Both the position numbers and the translations under genes were made by a program. The notes beneath the pieces were generated by a model. That model ran no database searches, had not been told where the DNA came from, and saw only the letters and a program-made list of their open reading frames with translations. DNA of 64,000 bases from a virus (taxonomy: Duplodnaviria > Heunggongvirae > Uroviricota > Caudoviricetes): IMG/VR virus record IMGVR_UViG_3300028832_000001, positions 36,007 to 100,006 of that record. The stretch is one strand, 5' to 3'. This document shows positions 36,444 through 48,000 of this stretch, piece by piece (within the stretch, counting starts at the first letter, position 1; each line of letters opens with the position of its first letter).

Positions 36444-39314
36444 TTAGTTCATTTTATATTTTACATTAATTTTATTGAAGAGAACTGGTAATTCCATATC
36501 AGTACTGAAATTTACAATATTATTATTGTCGTCCAAGATAGAATCACAAATACCTGGCTTAATTAATGGATAAATATCCATAATTAATTTTGTAGCAGCT
36601 TCCCATTCTTGAGAATCATAATCAGTAGATTCATTAATTGCTTCTCTACCAGCATCTGTATTTTTATATGGACTTAATATCATATTAGGAACTACGTAAT
36701 TCCAGAAGCTATCTTCAGAAATCGATCTACTTTGTGGGCTATTTAAGTTACCCCTACGTAAAATAGTTTCATCCCTGATAGTAAATTCTGCATTTCCAAG
36801 CGCATTAATTAATATATCTATTTTATATGGTAATTCTATTGCTCTTTGAACACTTGTAATTTCTTGCAATTGATGTGTTTGATCAGATAACCAATATTTA
36901 AGTAAGAATACTACAAGTTCAAAATCATTAAGCGAAAGTTTATAGTCACCAATATTATTTTCAGAAAGATTAGATGTAGATTCATAATCTTCATCAGTTT
37001 TAGTGATAATTTCTAATTCAATAACACCATCTTCTGTAGCATTTCTTATTTCAGCATCAGAACTAGCACTTAAATCTACAGCAGTTGTACCAGCATTACG
37101 ATAGAAATCCATAGTTCCTTCACGTTGAAGTGTTAATGGATATAAGTAAATATATTTATCATCAGATGATGTTTCACAAACAATATCATATGTTTGTTGA
37201 TTTACATTATAACTAGGACTTGAAGGATTATGATTACTATCTACAAATTTAATTTTAAATGTTACATTTCGTTCTCTAAAGATTGCTTCATTTATGCTAT
37301 TACCATTTTGGTCAACTTTAGAAATTTGAATAGCATTCCACCAACCACTTCCGTATCTTTCATTAACTTGATAATCATATTTAACAGCAGAACGTGCAGC
37401 AGCATAAGAATTTAAATCGTAATCTTGTATAATACGGAAATCACTATTATACAAGTCATTCCATTTAAATCTCATTGTTGGAGATTTAATCATGCTAGAA
37501 ATCTTAAAGTCAATATCTACAGCTTTAGTTCTATCATTCTTATTATATAAGTCAATAATTTCAGATTTATAAATACGTCTATCAGATGCAAGTTTTTGAT
37601 CAAGATATTCGTAAACCTTATTTTGCATTTCTTTAGTATAAGCTTCAATATCAGTTAATGGATCAACGTAGACTGTTCCAACAGCATCAAAATATTGAAC
37701 AAATGGAACCATTGGAAGTAAGATACTATTAACTTCAATTTTATGCTTACAGTTATCATAGATTAGTCTTACATTCTTAAGCCATTGTTCATCCGCTTCA
37801 GATTTGAATATCTTATTATAATATCCTTCATAAGAGTAAAGCATTTTAATAAAGTCACAAATATGGTCCAAATACTTATCACCATAAATTGTAACAGCAT
37901 CATTATTTTCATCATGACCAGTTAATAAGTTAACTGGTGCCCAGTTTCCGTTATTTTTCTTATAGAGATGTCCAAGAATTGAGTAGAAAATATTATTCTG
38001 AATAAGTTTGTGAACAATATTTTGTGGTAATTTCTGTTGAACTTCTTGCTGACCATAAACAAGTGCATTTTGAACAGTTATTGGGCTAGTCAAGCCTCTA
38101 AAGTAAGAAGTATAGTCATCTTTAGTAACAAGCTTTCCGCAAGAAGAGAAGTATGCAGGAGCATTAATCTTGATACTATCCTGTGTTTCAAAGAATTCAC
38201 CACCGTAAATATCAGAATTAATAATGAACTGAACGTTGTTAGTTACGTCAATAACATTACCATCAACAGAAACATTGATTTGATTATTGTGGGACATAAC
38301 AGAACCTTTAACACCAGTTACATTACATTCTTTACCCTTAGTGGCAATATACTTAACATAGATATTATCATTATAAGATTTCAAACCAATATCACAGATT
38401 TTTGGTTCTGTGCTAAAGCTTAATCTAACAGTTTTATCGGAATTAGTATCAATAAGACAGATTTTGAATTTATTATCTCTTGGTTTATCTGCTGGCCAGT
38501 TTACAACTTCTTCATTTAAGTGAATTGCTTGTGTTTCAATAGTAAAGAGGTTATCCTTTTCCATTGCGGTATCAAGATCAGGCCCGATACCGACTTTACA
38601 CCAGCTTAAATCTTTATAGAAAGTATTATTTTTGTAACCATACGGGTCACGCTTACCATACCAGTCAGAAAAGTCAAGGTCATTAATATCATAGAACTGG
38701 TTAGTCTCGCCAATTTTATCCATATTTGCAGTTCCAAGGATTTCTATAGTTTTTCTTTCACCTTGGAAGCACTTAATAGGAGTAGTATACTTTGTATCGT
38801 AATAAGAAATACCAGCTAATGGAATATAGACTGCTTTTTCATTAGGAACAGAGAAATAAAGTTCCTTAACCCAGTCATTAGATTGACCGTTAATAACGTC
38901 GTCTTGAGTTAATTTATAGCTATATCCACTGTCAAGAATATATTTATTACCATTGAAAGATAAATCCATATTTTCTTGGCTAAAGAAGATTTCTGTTCCA
39001 GCTTTAATTCCTTCTGGGAGTGGTCCTTTTAATCTGATTATAAGTTCACATCTTGCTGGAATTGCTCTTCTAGGGTTATAACCAAGACCTTTAGCATGCT
39101 TGATAACACTAGAATCTAATCGAGCAGTGGAAATAAACGATTCTTCTGCAGTTCTCTGTAAATAAAAGTTTGTCATATCCATACATGCACAAAGCATTTC
39201 CTGGAACATGCCATAAATTGTAGCAGAACCGATATTCTTAAATCGCGGGTCAGAATTTAATCTAGCTCTGAAATCTTGTAGGAGCTGTTCGTAAGTTACA
39301 TTTAAATAATTCAT
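36444..39314 (-). CDS. gp6: Baseplate wedge subunit (gp6-like)
   Basis: TYEQLLQDF...ESFISTARLDSSVIKHAKGLGYNP; ETQDSIKINAPAYFS...LVTKDDY. Confidence 0.85.
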   Translation of the reverse strand: MNYLNVTYEQLLQDFRARLNSDPRFKNIGSATIYGMFQEMLCACMDMTNFYLQRTAEESFISTARLDSSVIKHAKGLGYNPRRAIPARCELIIRLKGPLPEGIKAGTEIFFSQENMDLSFNGNKYILDSGYSYKLTQDDVINGQSNDWVKELYFSVPNEKAVYIPLAGISYYDTKYTTPIKCFQGERKTIEILGTANMDKIGETNQFYDINDLDFSDWYGKRDPYGYKNNTFYKDLSWCKVGIGPDLDTAMEKDNLFTIETQAIHLNEEVVNWPADKPRDNKFKICLIDTNSDKTVRLSFSTEPKICDIGLKSYNDNIYVKYIATKGKECNVTGVKGSVMSHNNQINVSVDGNVIDVTNNVQFIINSDIYGGEFFETQDSIKINAPAYFSSCGKLVTKDDYTSYFRGLTSPITVQNALVYGQQEVQQKLPQNIVHKLIQNNIFYSILGHLYKKNNGNWAPVNLLTGHDENNDAVTIYGDKYLDHICDFIKMLYSYEGYYNKIFKSEADEQWLKNVRLIYDNCKHKIEVNSILLPMVPFVQYFDAVGTVYVDPLTDIEAYTKEMQNKVYEYLDQKLASDRRIYKSEIIDLYNKNDRTKAVDIDFKISSMIKSPTMRFKWNDLYNSDFRIIQDYDLNSYAAARSAVKYDYQVNERYGSGWWNAIQISKVDQNGNSINEAIFRERNVTFKIKFVDSNHNPSSPSYNVNQQTYDIVCETSSDDKYIYLYPLTLQREGTMDFYRNAGTTAVDLSASSDAEIRNATEDGVIELEIITKTDEDYESTSNLSENNIGDYKLSLNDFELVVFLLKYWLSDQTHQLQEITSVQRAIELPYKIDILINALGNAEFTIRDETILRRGNLNSPQSRSISEDSFWNYVVPNMILSPYKNTDAGREAINESTDYDSQEWEAATKLIMDIYPLIKPGICDSILDDNNNIVNFSTDMELPVLFNKINVKYKMN

Positions 39315-39434
39315 GTGATTCTAAACCTTTCTAAACTTTTATATTATTTATAATCTTTAGAAGCCTTCGGAGAAATTTTTAGGTAGTCACATTATAAATA
39401 ATACAAATAACAAATAATCTTAGAAGGAAAAACA

Positions 39435-41057
39435 ATGAATCTTAATTTTTTAAACCCATTTAGCTCTGAATTCTTAAAAACTTCCCCGGAACATAGTGAA
39501 CAACGTGCAATCGAAGCTGCACGTAATTCTTATGGTAAAGGTGAAGATACAATTGACTGGAATGCAATAGCAGGAAGTTACAATAACAATGGTTATGTAG
39601 ATCCAGCAACACCTTATGACCAAAATAATATTGTTTTTGAAACATTATTTACAAATAAATGGCAAAAAATTTCTTGGTATCGTTCTATGGCCATGTACCC
39701 ATTGGTTGGTAAAGGTCTGAATATTATGGCGGACGAAGCAGTTTGTCCAGACGCACTTGGAAATGTTGCAATGTTCGATATTGAGGAACCGTTCAAATCT
39801 AAATTTACTGCAACAGAATTTGCAGCATTGAAGATGGAATTTGACTATATTGTTGACTGTGTTATTGGTAAAGAAAATATTTGGGATTATTATTATAAAT
39901 GGCTTGTTGATGCCGAACTCTTCTGGGAAATTTGTTTAAATGATGCAGGTGATAAAGTTGTTGGTATTAATACTTTAGCACCTTATGCAATGCTCGTAAT
40001 TTATGACAAAGATTCTGATAATATTAATGGTTATATTGAAAACATTAATTATCTCAATCAGGCACAGGATAAGACTTCTGAAATTAAGAAGTTCCTTCCT
40101 AACCAAGTTGCTTATGTCAGATATCCGTTAATTTGGACAAATAGAAATGATATTCGTGGTCATTTGGAACGTTCTATCAGACCATTGAACCAATTAAGAA
40201 ATATTGAAGATGCTTTGACTGTTTATCGTATCACTCGTGCAACTGAACACCGTGTATTTAACATTTATACTGGTAGAATGCCGAGAACTGATGCTGCTGC
40301 TTATGTCCAGGAAATTAGAAATAAGTATCGTAAGAATTTGACTATTGATAATACTACTGGTATGGTCAATGCCGTTAAGAATACTCAAGCAATGACTGAA
40401 GATTTCTTCTTCCAGAAGGATGACTCTGGTAACGGTTCTACAGTTGAAACTTTCGCATCTGGTTCTACTTTTGATGGTCAGCTTCAGGATGTTTGGATGT
40501 TCCAGAAGCAGGTTATGGACGGTATGTTCATTCCTCAGGCAAGATGGAAATCTGATGAAGTTGGTGGTGCTTCTTATAATCCAGGTATTGATCAGGCTAA
40601 CCACGAAGAAGTTTCTTTCCAGAGAGTTAATAGAAGATTAAGAAGAAGATTTGCAGATATTATCAAGCAAGTTTACCTCGTTCACTTGAGAGTTCGTGGT
40701 TATAAGGAAAAATTCCTTGATAAGGCTTTGTATAATATCGATTTACATCCAGCAACAGACTTTGAAAGAATGCGTGACTTGAACCTTGCTGAAAAACGTG
40801 GTTCTGTTATTGGTACTCTTTCTCAGTTCTTACCAACATCTTCTAATATTAAGCCAGGTGCTGAAGAACTTGCTCCAATTTTCTCTAAGCAATTCTTCAT
40901 GGAGAAGATTCTCGGTATGTCTACTCAAGATATTCTCTTGAATAATAAGATGCTTGAATCTGAAATTAAACAGATGAGAGAAGAATCAGAAGCTGCACAG
41001 GCTGAAGGCGGAGAATCTCCAGATGCTGAAGGCGGCGGAAGCGACTTAGGTTTCTAA
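39435..41057 (+). CDS. gp20: Portal protein
   Basis: YRSMAMYP...ADEAV...WLVDAEL...RPLNQLRNIEDALTVYRITRA...EDFFF...VETFASG...F..RLRRRF; TATAAATA at 39393-39400. Confidence 0.95.
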   Translation: MNLNFLNPFSSEFLKTSPEHSEQRAIEAARNSYGKGEDTIDWNAIAGSYNNNGYVDPATPYDQNNIVFETLFTNKWQKISWYRSMAMYPLVGKGLNIMADEAVCPDALGNVAMFDIEEPFKSKFTATEFAALKMEFDYIVDCVIGKENIWDYYYKWLVDAELFWEICLNDAGDKVVGINTLAPYAMLVIYDKDSDNINGYIENINYLNQAQDKTSEIKKFLPNQVAYVRYPLIWTNRNDIRGHLERSIRPLNQLRNIEDALTVYRITRATEHRVFNIYTGRMPRTDAAAYVQEIRNKYRKNLTIDNTTGMVNAVKNTQAMTEDFFFQKDDSGNGSTVETFASGSTFDGQLQDVWMFQKQVMDGMFIPQARWKSDEVGGASYNPGIDQANHEEVSFQRVNRRLRRRFADIIKQVYLVHLRVRGYKEKFLDKALYNIDLHPATDFERMRDLNLAEKRGSVIGTLSQFLPTSSNIKPGAEELAPIFSKQFFMEKILGMSTQDILLNNKMLESEIKQMREESEAAQAEGGESPDAEGGGSDLGF

Positions 41058-41074
41058 TAGAAAATTTAGAATAT

Positions 41075-41107
41075 AAAAAGAAAACCGGTTTTAATAACCG
41101 GTTTTTT
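41075..41107. terminator. Bidirectional terminator, ACCGGT family copy 2
   Basis: AAAAAGAAAACCGGTTTTAATAACCGGTTTTTT. Confidence 0.8.
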
Positions 41108-41127
41108 AAATTTAATTTTTTTATCTA

Positions 41128-41724
41128 TTAGGTGTAGATAACTTCGAATGTAGAGTAGCTGAATGTGCAGGTTCTGGTAATCTTAGAATCACCATTCTGG
41201 TCAAGAGAAACACTCTGGACAGTCTTTGGCCATACACGATAAAGTCTCCACTTCAACGGAAGAAGTTCTTTAAGAGTAGAATCATAAAGGAGAACTTCAA
41301 CAGTTGCACAGTAACGAGAAGCGAAGTTAGAAAAAGCACCACCAGTAATATTATTAGTAGAACCACCAATATCGTCCTGGAAACCTTGGTTCATGAGAAG
41401 GTTTGCCCAACGATGTAATGCTTGAGAAATGGTAGTATCTTGGAATTCATCCCACTGAATATCAAAAGTACCACTAACAGTAGCCTTACCAGGATAGAGA
41501 AGTTTAGTTCCCATATATTGTGTATCAAGTTCACCAAATTCCTTTTGTGGTAATGTTGCTGTTCTTGCCTTAATCATTAAATCGTCGGCATCTAATAATT
41601 GTGATAATGGCGAATCGGATTCGTAAAGAAATCTAACCTGGAAAAGATATGCCTTAGCAAGGTCAGGTAAGTTAGCCAACTTACCCCAGACGCTCATACT
41701 TGTATCAAACTTTTGTGTTGCCAT
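41128..41724 (-). CDS. gp19: Tail tube protein
   Basis: LAKAYLFQV...ARTATLP...QYMGTKLLYPGK...LYRVWPKTVQSVSLDQ...CTFSY; TATAAATA at 41760-41767. Confidence 0.8.
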   Translation of the reverse strand: MATQKFDTSMSVWGKLANLPDLAKAYLFQVRFLYESDSPLSQLLDADDLMIKARTATLPQKEFGELDTQYMGTKLLYPGKATVSGTFDIQWDEFQDTTISQALHRWANLLMNQGFQDDIGGSTNNITGGAFSNFASRYCATVEVLLYDSTLKELLPLKWRLYRVWPKTVQSVSLDQNGDSKITRTCTFSYSTFEVIYT

Positions 41725-41896
41725 AATAGCTAATCTCCTTGAATTTTTTTATTCTTTATTATTTATAGAAAAATTTAGGAAAAATAATTAGAACTTAAAA
41801 ATTCTGAAAAATCACATAAAACCGTTATAAATAATTATATAGTTTAAAACTTTGTGGAAAAGAAAAAAGGTTTATAATATTTATTAGGAGAAACGT

Positions 41897-44800
41897 ATGG
41901 CAAAATATAGTACGCCAGGTATAAGATTTACAGAAATCGATAATACCATCCGTTCAGAAGCTGAACCAGGATTAGGTATCGGTGCGATTGTCATGAAGTC
42001 CAATAAAGGACCTGTTAATCAGCGTGTCGTTACCAGAAATTATAACGAATTTACAGAAATTTTCGGTGAACCAGAGACTTTGACCGACTATGGTCACTTT
42101 GCTGCAGAAAATTATTTTGCAAATTCGACTCAAATGTATGCCGTTCGTGCAACTATGGGTGATGAGCAATACTCTCAAATCCAGTTCACTTATGACGGTG
42201 CACCAGTAACCGCAACGAACAAGTCCAAGGACACATGTAAGTTCGTTTATGTCGATAACCAGAGCGACAATACGCTTAAGCTTTTGTCTCCATTGTCTGC
42301 TGTCACTCAAGTTGACGCTATGACCGCAGGTGGTGACTGGTTAGATAATCCAGATGGTCAATTCGGTTACACACTCAAGCAGCGTGCATATTATGGCACA
42401 TTCTCTGATATTTTGTCAGAAACAGAAGATTTAATCATTTATAAGGGTAAGAATGACGAACACGGTGCTGAATCCTGGGAAGGAAATATCGTTGAAAAAG
42501 GTATTCACGTCATGTACCCATATTCTGTCGATTCTCAGGGTAAAAATCCGTTAATCGAAAATAAACTTTTGTTTACCGCTTCTGCATGGTATAATGAATC
42601 TGCTAATGCAACTCAGTGTGATGTTAGAAAAGTCGGAACTTTGTTCAAGACAACAGTTTCTGTTCCTGCTTCTGCAACTCTTAACAGAAAGCAAGTCAAT
42701 ATTACTTTCTACGGTGAAGAATCTGCAGTTAGTGGCTGGCCAACAAGCGGTGTTGCTTATCAGGATATTTTCACAGATGATAACTTCTTTGGTGATTTCC
42801 CAGGCCCATGGAAAGACGGAACTTCTGGTTATGGTTATGTAGACGCACAGCGTATGGAAATCATGGACTGGGACGATCCAGATATTAAGAAGACTTACTA
42901 TGTTGATAGCGATAATTTCGCAAGTGGCACATCTGGTGTTTCTGGTATCAAATATACAGAATTCTTCAGTGTTGACCCAAGCTATGCAATTATCGGTAAT
43001 CATCCGACAATGGATTTCGATGGTAAGGCTGGTGCTGATGCATTATTCTGCTCTGCAGTTTCTGAAATGTATTTGAATACAGATAAGACTAAGGTTGCAT
43101 ATCTCGGTAATGATGATATTGATAAGCGTTCTCCAAGAGACGTTATCATCGATATGCTCGATGCTTATAGCTGTAACGACATTTCTGATATTAACGAATA
43201 CTTCTACCTCAAGTATTACGATGCAACAACCAAGTCCATCGTTGAAAAGATTATTAAGGAAGATGCAAAGGATTGCTTCGATCCTAAGGGTAAGTATTTC
43301 GACAAGCATGTTGAAAAGTATTTGTTCTGGCTCTATGCTGGTAAGGGCGAAAACAAGCTCACAAAGGCTCCAGTCTATATTGCTGATGAACCAGAATTGG
43401 TAAGCTTGCCAATCGATAACACCTATGTTTACACCGATGGTGAAACTGGTGAAAAGATTATCAGAAATAATATTGTTGCTAACCCATCTTCTTATATCTT
43501 CAACTCTGTTGATAAGACTTATGCAGATGGTTATACTGTTAGAACTGAAGCTGACGATGAACCAGGTAATGGTGACATTGAACAGTACAAGTCTGTCTTC
43601 GATGATCAGCTCGTTATTGCTTCTATTGGTCCTGGTAAGTATGGTGATGATATTGGTATTTCCATCATCACAACTGAATGTTCTGAAATTCCAGCATTAA
43701 ATCATCAGAATGCATTTAACTGGAAGTACAGATATGATGACGAAGACCGTGTTAACAATGATACAACTCCATATAATGAAAATGAAATGGATTTGACTTG
43801 GAAGAAGGTTTTCAGAATTAACGTTTACATCAAGTCTAAGACACAGACCGCAGAAGCTGCTTGGGGCTTTGGTATGGATGCTCTCCTCAAGGATCCTGCA
43901 GAATCTTGGTATGTTTCTACTGACCCGTATGCAAAGGACGGTGAAGGCAACAGTCTTTACGCTCCAACTGTAATTAACGGTCATTCTGATTATATCTACG
44001 TTTCTCGTGCTTCTGTTACTGATGCTGTTAACGGTGTTGGTAAGTATACTCAACCAACCCAGACATTCGCAATTTACGGTTTAACTGGTGGTAAGAATTC
44101 TGAAAAGAATAATATCGCTGAAAAGACCGCAGCATTATCGCTCTATTCTGATAGACGTCGTGCACCATTCGATATTCTCTTTAACGTCGATGCAATCGAT
44201 ACCTTCAATGGTCGTCAGCGTTACAACGCTCACCAGAGAAAGATTGCTCAGATTGCTGCAGCAAGAACTATGGATATTGGTGTTGTTCAGGTTACATCTA
44301 AGTCTGCAAAGACTGCTAAGGCTATGTTATCTGAATCTAAGATGTTCAACTTCAACAAGGGTGATTATGTAGCTGAATACGGTGGTTACGATAAGTATTA
44401 CAATGGTACACTTGCTTCTTGGATTTACTTACCTAAGTCTGTTGCTGGTGCTTGTGCTATGGCTTACTGTGACACATTCTCTTATTCTTGGATGGCACCT
44501 GCTGGTGTTGCTCGTGGAACAATCAACTATACCAACGGTCAGTTGCTCAAGTTGACAGACGACGAAATCGGTCAGCTCTATGACAACAACGTTAACACAA
44601 CACGTGACTGTGGTAACTATGGTGTTGTTCTTTGGGGACAGAAGACTGCTCTCAAGAAGAACAGCTTGCTCAACAGAATCAACGTCCGTCGTTGCTTGAA
44701 CTTTATCGAAAAGCGTCTTGAAAACATGATGACTCCGTACCTCTTCATGCAGAACAGTGTTAACACTCGTGCTTCTGCAAGAAACGACATTGACTCCTTC

Positions 44801-44977
44801 TTACAGAGAGTTAAGTCTGCAGAAGGTATTGACCGTTATCAGGTTAGCGTTACTCAAGACCCAGAAGATCCGACAATCATGAATGTCAATATCATTGTCT
44901 ACCCGACAAGCGCTATCGAATTCATCGATGTTAAGATCATTATTAACCGCTCTACAGTCACTGTTACTGAAGAATAA
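41897..44977 (+). CDS. gp18: Tail sheath protein (enlarged, 1026 aa)
   Basis: TPGIRFTEID...GPVNQ...FGEP; C-terminal WMAPAG..RG...LYDNNVN...WGQKT...RINVRR...PTSAIEFI; TATAAATA at 41826-41833. Confidence 0.95.
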   Translation: MAKYSTPGIRFTEIDNTIRSEAEPGLGIGAIVMKSNKGPVNQRVVTRNYNEFTEIFGEPETLTDYGHFAAENYFANSTQMYAVRATMGDEQYSQIQFTYDGAPVTATNKSKDTCKFVYVDNQSDNTLKLLSPLSAVTQVDAMTAGGDWLDNPDGQFGYTLKQRAYYGTFSDILSETEDLIIYKGKNDEHGAESWEGNIVEKGIHVMYPYSVDSQGKNPLIENKLLFTASAWYNESANATQCDVRKVGTLFKTTVSVPASATLNRKQVNITFYGEESAVSGWPTSGVAYQDIFTDDNFFGDFPGPWKDGTSGYGYVDAQRMEIMDWDDPDIKKTYYVDSDNFASGTSGVSGIKYTEFFSVDPSYAIIGNHPTMDFDGKAGADALFCSAVSEMYLNTDKTKVAYLGNDDIDKRSPRDVIIDMLDAYSCNDISDINEYFYLKYYDATTKSIVEKIIKEDAKDCFDPKGKYFDKHVEKYLFWLYAGKGENKLTKAPVYIADEPELVSLPIDNTYVYTDGETGEKIIRNNIVANPSSYIFNSVDKTYADGYTVRTEADDEPGNGDIEQYKSVFDDQLVIASIGPGKYGDDIGISIITTECSEIPALNHQNAFNWKYRYDDEDRVNNDTTPYNENEMDLTWKKVFRINVYIKSKTQTAEAAWGFGMDALLKDPAESWYVSTDPYAKDGEGNSLYAPTVINGHSDYIYVSRASVTDAVNGVGKYTQPTQTFAIYGLTGGKNSEKNNIAEKTAALSLYSDRRRAPFDILFNVDAIDTFNGRQRYNAHQRKIAQIAAARTMDIGVVQVTSKSAKTAKAMLSESKMFNFNKGDYVAEYGGYDKYYNGTLASWIYLPKSVAGACAMAYCDTFSYSWMAPAGVARGTINYTNGQLLKLTDDEIGQLYDNNVNTTRDCGNYGVVLWGQKTALKKNSLLNRINVRRCLNFIEKRLENMMTPYLFMQNSVNTRASARNDIDSFLQRVKSAEGIDRYQVSVTQDPEDPTIMNVNIIVYPTSAIEFIDVKIIINRSTVTVTEE

Positions 44978-44996
44978 GTTAATAAAATATAGAATT

Positions 44997-45023
44997 AAAG
45001 ACACCAGTTTCTGGTGTCTTTTT
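44997..45023 (+). terminator. Intrinsic terminator
   Basis: AAAGACACCAG/CTGGTGTCTTT followed by T-tract. Confidence 0.85.
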
Positions 45024-45066
45024 TTATTATACCCTTTTAAAACTATAAATAACAAAAGAGGAAATC

Positions 45067-48000
45067 ATGGATTTTAACATATCTGAAAACAGCACAGACA
45101 CACGTTATTTTTTAACTGTTGAATTTACTCAGCCAATTTTGCCATTTTTAACTAATGGAACATTTAATATATCAATTAAAGATATGTTAATGATGACTAC
45201 AATAAACATTGATAGTTTAGATGTTTTACTTAATCAATATGGTTTGACAGTTCCTTATAGAACTTCCATTCAAGATCAGTTAGATAATTCTTTAATTAAT
45301 AATAAAGGTATTGTTATAACAATTCCTAATGATAATACCTTATCTTTTACAATGATTCCTCGTTGCATGGAAATAAACACCAATAAGATTATTGGTTTTT
45401 ATGATTCTATGATAAATATTCATGCAGAATATAATGCTGTAACAGTAGATGTAAATACTACTGCAAAATTATATCCAAGATTAGTAAGATCTGATACTTT
45501 AGATAAATATGCACCTGAGCCAGATCCAGTATTACCATCTGATGTAGATAGATGTTGTTATACATATCCGGATATTTATCAGGATAGTACAAAGAAAATT
45601 ACGCATAATGTTGTTTACAATACAGATTCTGAATTTTATGCTAATTCAACAACTTCTGCAAATACCCCACCTGAAGAAGTTCCATCTTATGTTAGTAAGT
45701 TAAGTGCATATTTTACAGCAGAAGAAGCTGACGGTTTTATTCCAGACTGGAAGAATGCTGTTTCTTGGTTATATAATGATAGAAATAAATCTCATGTTGA
45801 TGTTGATTGGGAATGTTTAGATGAAGAACCAACCGTCTATAATACATATGTTGTAGGTAATTCAGATGATGTTGAAATTCAAGAAAATTATTGGTTAACT
45901 ATTTCTGCATATCAGATTAATCAATATGTTTTTGCTAAAAATTTACCACCAAATAGATATGAAAATAAATTGTTCTTTGGATTGAGTGCAGAACATATCG
46001 ATATTTATCCACCACTTGAGCCAGTTCATGAACTTTATATGCCAGATACTCTTATAATTACACCTGTAAATCCAACATATGTATTTGTTGGTGATGATAC
46101 TCATACAGAATATCCATGTCCAACAAGAGTATTGGAAATTAATGATTATAGTTTACCACCTATTGAACAAGATGGTGTTGAACATTTTGAAATAAATTTG
46201 GATCCAAATGGTAATGGACATAATGCATTCTTATTTAGTGATCCACAATATAAAAATATCGTAGCTTGTAATTTAAATGTTCGTTATTTTGATGTTAATA
46301 ATAATATGATTCCTCATGGTGCATTACCTTGGGACTCATTATATGGGTCAAATGGTTATAATTTACCTGATATTACAGCAACAAATTCTATAATTGATGT
46401 TTCTATTAGTGCTATAGAAAACGTATTATTACATTATGATAATATTGATCATGCTGTTGTATCTGCTCATATTGAAGTTGAATTAGATAGTGATTTAGTT
46501 GATGAAGATTCAGAAACACATAAAGTACCAATCGAAGAAGCACCATATTGGATAAGTAGAGATTATGCACTTACAACAGGTTGGAGATATATTGATTCTG
46601 TTCAAACAATTTGGAATAAGTATGAACATCCAGCACCAGTAGTAGAATATCGTGCTCCTGCACAAATTAATATGAATATTCTTCCGCAATATGCATCGGT
46701 TAATAATCCATCTTGGCAGACATCTCCAAATCGTATTTTAAATGTAAATGCTAATACTCCAGACGATATTGAATTTGGTAGAGAATTGCTTACAATTTCT
46801 ATTAATCCAAGTAATTTGAATAATTTTATTACTAGTGCATCTGATAGATTAGATGTAACATATTATATTAATTATCCAGGTTCTCATAGAGGTGAGGATG
46901 CAACATTAACAACTACATTTGGTACTGAACCAGTTCCTGAAACATATACACTTAGTGTCCCTGCTGATACAAGTGAACCATTAACTGCAAATATTAATTT
47001 ATCTGGTGAGTTAGATGAAGATGCAACAATTACTATTGCAGCTGAACTTGTATTATATGATCCAAACGGAACAAGAGAACAAGAAATAAAAGATAGATAT
47101 CATGTTGACTTATCAATGCTTCCAGATTGGAATAAGATTCCAGCAGTTACTTTGAATTGGACTAGAAGATATACAGATCCATTTATTCCAGACCCATGGA
47201 CTGAATTTGATAAGTATGTTATCTTTACACAGTCTGAATTGGATATTGATAATTCTTATATTGGTGTTAAATCAATTACTGCACCATGTGTTAAGGTTAA
47301 TAATGGTTCTATAGTTGAATCTGAATTATTCATTACTGGTAAAAAGAAAGTACAAGATACTACTAGCGCATGTCTTGCTTTTATTAATGCTAATACAACA
47401 AAAACATTGGCTGATGGAAGACATATAGATTATACTAGTGCTACGGAAGCAAGAGAAACTACAATATATGGGGGTCAATTACGTGGTTCTGTTAATGCAT
47501 TAAGTGATTATAAAGTTCATATTGCGGATGATGCGGATTATCCAGAGTTTACTAATACAAATCCGTCTTATATTGGAAATATCGTAGATAACGATGGTTA
47601 TCTTGAAGATTTAATTATGCCTATAGAAGAACCACCAGAATTAGTTCAATTAGATAATATGGAATTTATTGGTGAAGAATCTATTATCAGAGATACTGAC
47701 GCAACAATTAATTTAGATGCGAGTGTTAATAATCATTATGATGTATTACAATGCGGTGATAGAGGTATAATTAATTTAAAGAAAGGAACTTATTACTTTA
47801 ATTCTGTTACACTTGGTGTTGGAACACAAATTAATATTGAAAATAATCTTGGTGATAATGAATTCGTAAGAATATTTGTAAGGGGTGATTTCAATGCAGC
47901 AAATACAATCGATATTAATAATCCTAATGTAAATTTGAAATCATTTATGATTTATTCTCATGAAGGTAATATTGATTTTGCAGCAAAAACTTCAAATAAT

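Noticed and set aside
41972-44053. Several 88-150-aa antisense ORFs inside gp18, and similar ones in gp20, gp21 and gp22
   Set aside because: Same codon-bias shadow effect; fully nested in well-supported genes
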